A stretch of 20,000 nucleotides of DNA, from assembly GCA_048128005.1 (NCBI GenBank), contig JBEUKZ010000085.1, forward strand, positions 305,490-325,489, given 5' to 3'. The notes below the pieces were generated by a model. It did not search any database. It was not told the DNA's origin and saw only the letters and a program-made list of their open reading frames with translations. Shown piece by piece: positions 11,382 through 20,000 of this stretch. The stretch's first letter is position 1. Each line of letters begins with the position of its first letter. A program made the position numbers and the translations under genes. The stretch is from Veleropilina oligotropha (lineage: Eukaryota).

Positions 11382-11821
11382 GTGCCCTGTTTGGTGAGCT
11401 AAGCGTAGGTCTAGTCCATGACTAGTATACCAGAGTCCGAGTCATCCGACATTTTGTTGGTCGCACTGCTTTAAAATATCTTCCAACTGTACTGAGGTGG
11501 CCAAGGATACAAGACGTAACGTAGCTTAGAACTGGTCTAGTCCGCTCTTCTAAATGCAACTAAGTGTTTAGTCTTTGAACAAGTCCTGGACTTTTATGAG
11601 CTAAGTGTAGATCTTGTCCAGGACTAGTTTACCATAGTCCGAGTCAACCGACATTCTGTTGGTCGCACTATTTTCAACTTTCTCCCTACAGTGATGAGGT
11701 GGCCTAAGGTACAACACGCAGGTCAGAACTGGTCAAGTCCGTTCTCCTAAAATGCAGTCAACTATTTAGTTTTTGAACAAGTCCTGGACTAGACCTACAC
11801 ATTGCTCATGAAACCGGGCAC
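11382..11821. mobile_element. TIR MITE present as a head-to-tail dimer (possibly PIF/Harbinger-type)
   Basis: ~42-bp imperfect TIR: gtgccctgtttggtgagctaagcgtaggtctagtccatgact versus the reverse complement of the right end, gtgcccggtttcatgagcaatgtgtaggtctagtccaggact. An internal unit repeats with period 202 (tgagctaag at 11395 and 11597). The superfamily is tentative and no clean TSD is visible. Confidence 0.8.
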
Positions 11822-11881
11822 TGGAGTCTAGCAGAATAGCAGACATGACCATTTTTCTATAAAACATGAGATATAGGCCAT

Positions 11882-14590
11882 AATTACTTAGGCCCGTTGC
11901 TCCCCAAGAGGAGCATAAGGAATAGCCGACGCTTCTCTGTCAGACACGAATCTGTCTCTTCAGCTCCGCTCCCGTGTTTCGCCTCCAGCTTTTCTGAGCC
12001 GCCCCCTCTTTCTTTTGCCATGCGGGTTCCAGAATAGGACATATCGTATGATGTTGGTTGCAGGCTTCCTGAGGGTGTGTTCAATCCAGTTCCATTTCCA
12101 TCTGTCCCTCCTTTTGCCACACCTCGTTGCTGATTCCGTCCGGCCATCGGATGTTTAAAATCGGCTTCGTAAAGGTATTAATGTCTGTATCTGTCTGTCA
12201 CCTTGATTATTCTTCATGTCTCTGAGCCGTAGGGTTGGACGTTTTGGCACTTGAGTTGAAGATGCGCAGTTTTGTGATTATGCTGTTCTCATTGGAGTTA
12301 CATATGTTTTTAAGCAAAATAAAGGCTGCTAGTGCCTTTCCAGTCCTGGCCGTGACATCACGAGGGATTCTTCGTATTTGATTGGCTCTCCATCTGGAAT
12401 GACCGCTTTGATTGGCTCTCCATCTGGGATGAGCGAAATGTTGACAGTGGTGTTGATCTTTATGATTTCGGTTTTCTTGTTGTTCATGTTGAGCCCTGTC
12501 CCGGCTGATGTTGCTGTCAAGCAAGAGGTCTTGTCTTGTATCTGTGTGTAATTGTGCGAAAGGAGTGCCATGTTATCAAGCTGTCGCCGGAGTGTCCACT
12601 GTATTCCGTTGTTCCTGTCTGCTGTGGTTGTCTTTTAGATCAAGTCAATGACCACGAGGAAGAGGAAATGTGACAATAGGGACCCGTACCGGACACCAAT
12701 TTTAACCTTGAAACTGTCTGACTGCTGGCCCGCATGTGTTACCCTACAGGACATGTCTTGATAGATACATTAGGGATATGAGATTGTTGGGTACTCCGTA
12801 GTGCTTCAGCAGCTTCCAAAGCATCTCTATGTCCACGCTGTTACTCGCCTTCTCGTAGTCTAAGTTCTAATGTAGAGGGGGGAGGTCCACTCTAATGACT
12901 GCTCCACGATGGTGTGCAGACTTTCAATCCGGTCTACACAAGATCTGTTTCTTCTGAAACCTGCCTGCTGGTTTCGGAGCTTGGTGTCCACTACTTTCAT
13001 TTTTCAAAAGAACTTTATTTAGGACTTCGCGGGCACTGATGGGAGCATGATCCCTAGGGAGATGCGGCAGTTCATGAGATCTCCATTCTTCGGGAGCTTG
13101 GTGAAGATTCCTACCTTTCAATCTGCCGGGATAAGTTGTTCTTTACAGATCTTACTGAAGAGGTTGTACAACATGTTGATGGCTGTCCTCATATAAGCTA
13201 TGAGGGATTCTACGGGTATCTCATCCGGCCCTGTTACCTTTTTCGATCGACATGGTGACTTTCTTGATCTCTGCCTTTGAATGTTTGTTACAGTTGATTG
13301 GCAGTTCTGTCTCTGCCGGTGAGATGTCTGTTCAGGGGACGGGTGGTTCACCAAATCCCTGAAGTGTTCTGCCCATCTCTTCAGCTGCTCTTCTGTTGTC
13401 TTGAGTGCATTTCCATTTTTGTTCTTTACTGGCTTGTCTGCCTGTTTGAACTTGCCTGTTAGTTTCGTCGTCACCATGAATAGGTTTCTCAGGTTTCCCT
13501 CTCCAGCAGTGTCCTCTGCTTGTTTGGTCAGGCAGTCAATGTGGTCCATCTTATCCTTCCTGATGTTTTCTTTACTTATTTGTCTGCAGCCGTGAACTCC
13601 TCCTGTGCTTTTGCCTTGGCTGTTCTTTCTCACTTCTAATTTCTAGAGTGTGTCACAGAAGATCCACTCTTTGTGCTTTGTTTTGTTCTTGCCCAGGACC
13701 TCTTCACATGTGTCGTGTCAGAGTTTCTTGGTGTGTTCCAACTGTCGCTCGATGTCTGTCTCAGCATCTTCGAATAGCACATGCAGCGGTTGAAACCTGT
13801 TGGAAAGACAGCTGCAATGATGTCTGTACATCTGTGTTTCTAAGCAGTCCCACGTTGTATCTAGTGCGCGCGTTGACTTGAATGGGGTGCTTCTAGAGTC
13901 GGAGCCTTGCTGTCATCACTAGAAGGTGGTGATATGATGGCATGACAGAATCACGCATCACACGTACATCACGCCACGATCTCTCGAACTTCTAGTTGAT
14001 ACATATAAATTATGGTTTATCTGATTTTCTGTGATGTCTGTGAACCTCGACGTGGCTTTGTGGATCTTATAACCAGCAGGTTCGGGTAGCATAGGTCTGT
14101 AAAGCGTTCGCCATTCTCGTTCATCGGTCTCAATACATGCATCACAATGACCTCCTCATGGTCAGCGTTTTATGATCCTATCTTGGCGTTAAATTCGTCC
14201 GTGAGGATTGTTATTTCTTTGGATCCTCTTTTGTCGAACACACACTGCAGTTGGTGATAAAAGTCATATTTATTTTCGTTTCCAGCTTCAGTTATGTCAC
14301 TGGATGACGTTCAGTTTGATGTTGTTCTTGATGGCGAATTTGGCCGTGAAAATGCGTGAATTGTCAGGTTCTCAGCCAATGATCGCACTATGTGCCTCTG
14401 GTACCAGCATCGGAGCCATGCCCTCAATGTGGGGGCCCCCTTTCCTGTGTGTCCAGAGTATAGTATCGTCTCTCCAGATGTTAGTTTCAGCTGGTCTGCA
14501 TGTAACCATCTTACCTCGCTCAATCCCATGAGTGAGATGTTGTAGTTCCTCATCTCCTGTGCTAACTGGACGATCCTCCCTGTTCATACA
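11882..14590 (-). mobile_element. Decayed, 5'-truncated RTE-clade LINE
   Basis: Endonuclease MRNYNISLMGLSEVRW...TSGETILYSGH (14311-14553); SYHHLL near 13922-13940; linker EEQLKRWAEHFRDLVN..GPDEIP (13118-13633); RT DYEKA (12848-12862) and GLNMNNKKTEIIKIN. RTE-like 3' end ccttatgctcctc...gggcctaagtaa at ~11885-11920. Many stops and frameshifts. Confidence 0.9.
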
Positions 14591-14734
14591 GCCAGAACAG
14601 ACGTTTGTTAATATCCTTTGTGATTGACGTCACCATATTGTACAGAGGTCATCGAAGTCGTGCACATGTTATCTCGTGCTTTTTACATTTATCGTGGCAG
14701 CATGCTGTATGTCGCGCTTATATCGTTCTTCAAA

Positions 14735-16200
14735 ATGGCTGAGAAGCAGTACCTGATGGACCTGGCTTCATCTTTAATTGACAAAAATTCAGAGTCTGCA
14801 CCAGACTCTGGTAAATCTGAATCAATATTCTCGTACCATGTCAAATAGATCATTCAAGTCCAAGCATGCACATAATTTATCTGCACTGATATTGAAGAGA
14901 TCATTTCGCGCTGATCGGACATGGACCTACGTACATAAGCTAACGCTAAAAAACTTTCGGCAAATCCACCTATCATGCTCATAAAGGATGACAGAGTCTT
15001 TGCGCGAAATAAGAAAGGACGAAAATGTGTAAGGGGGGGGGGGGGATTCGCTGATAGTGGCATAATAAAAAACTCAACAAAAAAAATATTCTCTTTATTA
15101 TTATTATTGCTTATTGCATTCATAGTATGTATCATTGATGTCTCTCCTGTATATTCTTGTGTACATTGTACTGTAATATTAGTTATAGTTTGTACTGCGC
15201 TTAGAGCTACACTAGAATAGGCGCATTATAAATGTATTAAATAATAATAATAATAAGAGGCAAATCACACTAGGACATTTTTGTTTAAATGGTAATTGCA
15301 TGCATCGCCGATATCGATGCGTGATGCTTTGGAGAAACGTCGTCGCAGAAAAACGGCATCACGATCTAAGTATTACATAGTGCAGACAAGGAATGGACGA
15401 TTAGAAAGTTACATTGTTAGATTTCAGCATTGAGCCACCAGTTGCGAATATTCAATGGATGTATTATAACGGCAGATGAAATCAGGCAACATGTAGTTCG
15501 ATCACTCATGGATAATCCATTTACACAAGATGGTACACACCGAAGTATTTATGTTTATAAATTGGACCAATATTATTCAAGGAGTTACGTTGACCATATT
15601 ACTTATGCAACAATAATTAATGACAATATAATCATTGTATAATCTAGGGAGCCGGATCACAGTACTGTTGTTTCTGCAAAAAGGGGAATATGATGACTTG
15701 TTATAGACGATTGCATTGGAGAATCTTCCCAAATGATATGGTGAGCATTTCATGTTTGGAGAGTATGATAATTGATTTCGCCCACAGAAGGAACGATCAG
15801 GAAATGTCTGTGGAGAGTGGTCAGGAGCAATGACCATATCTATCTTCTGAAATACAATATCATATTGTGCAATTTTCATTGAGGAGTGATATTAATTCAC
15901 TAGGTACAATGTTTATTGTATCTGGAGGATTCAGCCAGTTTGTGTGTAGATGTTTACAAGAAAATCGCCAGTCTGTCTGTGTCTATCCAATTTTCGTCAA
16001 CGGTATATGTTACAAAAATCCGCAGAGCGGCAAGACAAGGTCCAGGTTCTGTCATTTGACTAAAGGGGATATTTTCTCCTGTCTTTGGTATTAGATGGTG
16101 GACCGCCAGGCTTGTATTTGAAACGATCATAACTGAACCTGGAATTTATGTCATCACTCGTGTAAAATGGAACAAACAATTGATAAAGAGTTTTTCCTGA
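14735..16200 (+). pseudogene. Decayed OTU-like cysteine protease plus F-box-like coding sequence (putative two-exon pseudogene)
   Basis: WTIRKLHC*ISALSHQL...IRQHVVRSLMDNPFTQDGTH...YVDHITYA..INDNIIIV (15394-15642) resembles the OTU Cys-loop, helical and W-G-D-H region. After a frameshift, IALENLPK*YGEHFM (His codon 15746-15748) resembles the His loop. PYLSSEIQYHIVQFSLRSDINSLGTMFIVS from 15834 is F-box-like. The upstream exon (ATG 14735 to gtaag 15029) is weaker evidence. Confidence 0.55.
15100..15256 (+). mobile_element. L2-like LINE/SINE 3' end fragment with (TAA)n tail
   Basis: tgtactgcgcttagagc...taggcgcattataaatgtattaaataataataataataa resembles the L2-type 3' stem-loop (gcgc 15197-15200 / gcgc 15221-15224) followed by a trinucleotide tail. 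The start is approximate. Confidence 0.6.
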
Positions 16201-16516
16201 TATTATCGAGTCACAACTGCCCCAATGTGTAATTGAATAGCATCAAGAATGTAATTCTTTTAGAAATTTAAGAAAAACCCAGCCGTGTTATTAGTAACTA
16301 CTTATGTTTAAGAAAGTCTGCAAATAATCGCGATTACATTATAAGTTTGCAAACTAGAGCGTGAAAGCCCCTGTTGGGTGGAAGGCGTTATTGATCTTTG
16401 CCTTACTAGAAGTCACAGAGTCCCGTAATCGTATATTCCTTCCCTGTAAATAACAAAAGTGATGGATAGCTAATTTAGCATATTAAGCTACATGAATATT
16501 AGATTTTATACAAACA

Positions 16517-17035
16517 CCGTCCTCGATAGCTCAACTGGTTAGAGCGTCGGATAAACGTTATGTGAAATCAGAGAGTTGACATATGAGGATAGGCTCAGAA
16601 GCCTTGATCTTACAACATTAACGTTGCGTAGGATAAGAGGTGACATGATTCAAGTATTTAAAATGTTTACAGGAAAAGACAATCTTGATATTAGTTATTT
16701 TTTCCAGTTGAACCATAATAAAACAAGGGGTCATAAGTTCAAGATTTACAAAAAGAGGGTCAGGCTAGATGTTAGAAAATACTTTTTCTCAAACCGAGTT
16801 GTAGATGAGTGGAATGCCCTTCCTGTCAAGGTGGTGGAGTCCACATCAGTAAATCAATTTAAAAATCGTTTGGATGAGCACTTTAAGAGACAGGGAAGGC
16901 TATAGATGACCGAGCTACCAAAATGGGTTTTTATATGAGTTGCAGAAATGCACTTTCTAAACCCAAACAAATTCTATTTAAGTCTATTTAAGGTAGGATG
17001 TGGGCTCAAGCCCGCTCCAGCCTGGCTTATTCTGC
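16517..17035 (+). mobile_element. tRNA-derived SINE head or tRNA pseudogene, split by a CR1 insertion (halves ~16517-16560 and ~16991-17035)
   Basis: A-box tagctcaactgg (16527-16538) followed by ttagagcg, as in a tRNA D-arm. B-box-like gggctcaagccc (17002-17013). Removing 16561-16990 restores tRNA-like A-B spacing. Confidence 0.7.
16561..16990 (+). mobile_element. 5'-truncated CR1 LINE 3' fragment (ORF2 C-terminus plus 3' UTR)
   Basis: Uninterrupted ORF 16576-16905: YEDRLRSLDLTTLTLRRIRGDMIQVFK...TRGHKFKI...RKYFFSNRVVDEWNALP, a classic CR1 ORF2 C-terminus. 3' UTR stem tgggttt...aaaccca with inner tgca-gaaa-tgca. Terminal 10-bp repeats attctattta/agtctattta. Confidence 0.92.
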
Positions 17036-17060
17036 ATATATATATATATATGTGTGTATA
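17036..17060. repeat. Short (TA)n/(TG)n microsatellite
   Basis: atatatatatatatatgtgtgtata is directly visible. Confidence 0.85.
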
Positions 17061-17062
17061 CG

Positions 17063-17316
17063 TTTGTGAGAGTTGCCCACTTTTGTGATAATTGCCGACT
17101 TTTGTGATATTTAATTGTTAAAAAATAATCAAGTGGTCGATATCAAATCACAAATGTCGTGACCTCACGAAACATCACAAAAGTCGGCGAAATATCACAA
17201 AACTCGTGACCTGGGAAAAGTCACAAATTGCGTCGATTTTGTACAAAAGTGGGCGAATATCACAAAACTAGTGACCGAATCACAAAAGTGGAAATATCAC
17301 AAAAATGGTTGTAACA
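17063..17316 (-). mobile_element. TGTTAC-ended modular MITE/TIR-like repeat, copy B (inverted relative to copy A)
   Basis: Ends aaatatcacaaaaatggttgtaaca (17316). Its reverse complement aligns along ~240 bp of 7252-7492, including caggtcacgagttttgtgatatttcgccgacttttgtgat. Confidence 0.8.
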
Positions 17317-17317
17317 A

Positions 17318-17530
17318 GGCGTGTGGTCTCGAGTGCTAACTCTGAAATCACTGCTCTGCCTAACATGAGTGTGTTTAAATGTTGGTTTGGGCGATGGAAT
17401 TCTTTGTTCAGGTATCAATCTCAGTTGGCCGAAGAGGACAGATTTCCCCTGGCGACCAGACTTTTGCGATAATATGGACGTTTCCTGCTTTGAACCTGAA
17501 GGTTGTAAATATACAGACATTAAGCATTGA
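17318..17530 (+). mobile_element. Possible highly degenerate tRNA-derived SINE
   Basis: gtggtctcgagtgct...aaatcact...ggaattcttt loosely resembles the layout of mollusc SINE heads. No intact B-box is present. Confidence 0.25.
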
Positions 17531-17839
17531 TTCAATCCAATATATTTTCTGTTAAGTGTCTTTGACTTTAATTACCTACAAGTGATGGGTGATTTACATG
17601 TTTGGATCCTAACAATTGGTAACAAATATTATTGTCTTACCATGGCACCCATGTAACAAATATCTAATGAGATGCAGGGAATAATCACTTAAACTCATAT
17701 CTTTGGTATGTATATTTCTGATGAATTAATTTCATTTTGTTGATTATCAGAGCAGTGTGGAATCAATATATGAGGTTTCTAAATGATTTGATTTGATATG
17801 AATGAGTTTAGTTTTACGACCACATATTAACATTATTTC

Positions 17840-19415
17840 AGTCGTATCTGCAGTCTGGGTCACTGGCTTAATGTCTCATCCGACAAACGAATTATGTGTG
17901 CAATGCAGACTGGGTATACCTGTGACAAACTCCCGGGAATCGAATACAGTTATCTAGCATCGTGGTCCAGCATCATAACCTCTAGTCTACGGCCCCGTCC
18001 ACGGTTTCCAAATGAATTATGTGTACAAAAGGATTACGTAACAGACTATCTGTACAGTTTGACAGATATTCTCTGCATGCAATTCACAAAGTAGGATGGT
18101 TTTTTTGCCTTTTAGAGCTTGATATATTTGCTTTAAAGCGGGTACATTATGGCTGATAAATACGAAACCATTGTAGAATCGATCTAACTGCAGGAATAGC
18201 TAAAACTGGTTTATGGCACAAGTTATGGAGTCATTATAGAAGACATCATCACTGCTGCAACACCTGGTTGGCACTAAACCACCATGCCCTCTCATATTAT
18301 TGAGAGTCACCAAAAAATGATAGCTTCAGAAATAACTTGTTGGCTCATGTGCTTCAGTAAGCGTCCATCCTTCCCAAATATATAGCAGGATGGACTCCTT
18401 CGATGCTGTGAAGTTGATCATTTTGAAGTCGTCGGGAATATCACAGGTTCTTGAGGTCGTGAAGTGCTCTCTAGATTTGTGCCTTTCTTGCTCTGATGCA
18501 TTTTTTGTGAACCTATGAAAGACTTGAGATACGTTATGGCTTCAATGAGTGCTAGAATAGAGCCATTCCCAGTGAAGATTTTTGCCTCCTCGTCGATGTT
18601 GAATGCCATCACCTCTGTCTACATGGCATTAATGTGGAGGCCACCACCAGGCATTCACCCTCAACACACTGTCAGAGCAGCTGTCCGTGTTTTCTTGACA
18701 GACACAAGTTGAATGTGTCAGTCTGTATCATGGTACCAATCCATCTGTTCTTCCATCGGGTGTTTGTGAACCCAAATTGATCCCCTTTCCGAGAGATAGC
18801 CTGATGCTGCGCCTAGTCTAGAACGACAATAAAGAGATGCTAGGGTGTCACCTTGCAGTACGCCAGCGAGATTATAAAGTGTCCGTTTCATCAACAGGAG
18901 TCGGAGACATTGCCGGGGGTGTTGTCGTATACATGGATGATTAACTGAAAAATGTGTACTGGGATTTTATAACCTCGAAGATATTGCATGAGGTGCCTGC
19001 AGTGGATTGAATCAATGGACTTCATGAAATCATTGAATGTCATGGTCGCCGGTAGATTTTTCACACTACAGAGACGTCCATACATATTTCACTTTCATAT
19101 CCACCTTCTGTTTTGGTGCCCTAAGACTGAGGCCAACCGTTTCTGATACCACGCGGTGATCACAGCCCACACTAACGAAATAGTTTTAGGCATGGGGATC
19201 CATGATTCTTCTTTGTCACTTAGAGTCAGGGGGACCGAGGTTTCTTGTCACCTTATTGGAAGCGTACGTTGGTTGCAATGTAATGAGTGCATATTTCACA
19301 ATCAGATATAGGAGGTGCTCTCTTCTGGCGATATGAGTGGGAACTTCGTTTGTCTATGTGTCTACGTCCGCACACTCTTTTCACAACATCCAGAATGTTT
19401 GGAATGGGGGAAACG
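17840..19415 (-). mobile_element. Old RTE-clade LINE of a second family, internally deleted
   Basis: Endonuclease end SVGCDHRVVSETVGLSLRAPK (~19105-19173); RT DFMKSIDSIH..LRGYKIP (18891-19085 ORF) and AGVLQGDTLA (18838-18867); then GLHINAM*TEVMAFN, ESILLYIWEGWTLT and GNRGRGR toward the 3' end. Boundaries are approximate. Confidence 0.85.
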
Positions 19416-19838
19416 GTTAATCGCCGACGACCAGACCATGCACAGGTTGAACTGAATGCATGATACCGTACAGAACCGACTTGATTCTGACTATATATAA
19501 CCCACGATCAAGAATAGTATATATATGCGTAGCAGTGGGTCGTATTCGGGATAGAACCGACTTCAAATTTTGGTTGATTATACGTTTAATGGCAAACCGC
19601 AATTACATAAATATAAACATCCCTGCAATTATATACAGGTAGTAACAAAATATTGATATGATGACAAGTCTGCTTAACTGTAAAACAATATCTGAAATAG
19701 TAAGGTATAATTATGCGAATATCAGACAAAATATGATAATAATATAACAATTATATTAAATATGACATATTTATAAATTATACTGATATAAGTAAATATA
19801 GTTATGACATACACAATGCACATTGAAATCAATATATA

Positions 19839-19958
<120 letters not shown>

Positions 19959-20000
19959 GATCTGGACCATTCTCTGGAACGATCTTTCCGAGGCACTACA

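Noticed and set aside
12377..12430. 30-bp tandem duplication (tttgattggctctccatctgg twice)
   Set aside because: A real but ordinary slippage duplication inside a dead RTE copy.
16517..16560. Functional tRNA gene
   Set aside because: Only the D-arm half is contiguous. The T-arm/B-box lies ~440 bp away and is degenerate, and no convincing acceptor stem forms.

Overview
AT-rich eukaryotic DNA made almost entirely of interspersed repeats. The repeat types resemble those of molluscs/bivalves, but this taxon call is an inference. I find no intact host gene, rRNA, intact tRNA or CRISPR array. From left to right: a 130-bp tandem duplication; three non-autonomous Helentron-type (HINE-like) elements carrying satellite arrays, one nested in another; a ~210-bp foldback element; a near full-length, frameshifted CR1-group LINE (minus strand) with a 2A-like NPGP motif, PHD finger, APE endonuclease and RT; a dimeric TIR MITE; two different decayed RTE-clade LINEs; a decayed OTU-protease-like plus F-box-like coding region; a tRNA-derived SINE head split by a young CR1 3' fragment; and a (TA)n microsatellite. 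Two copies of one TGTTAC-ended modular repeat lie in inverted orientation about 10 kb apart and bracket the OTU-like pseudogene. The strongest candidates for something new are that cargo/inverted-repeat arrangement, the non-canonical 2A-like motif and the nested satellite-bearing HINEs. All calls come from reading motifs by eye; no searches were run.
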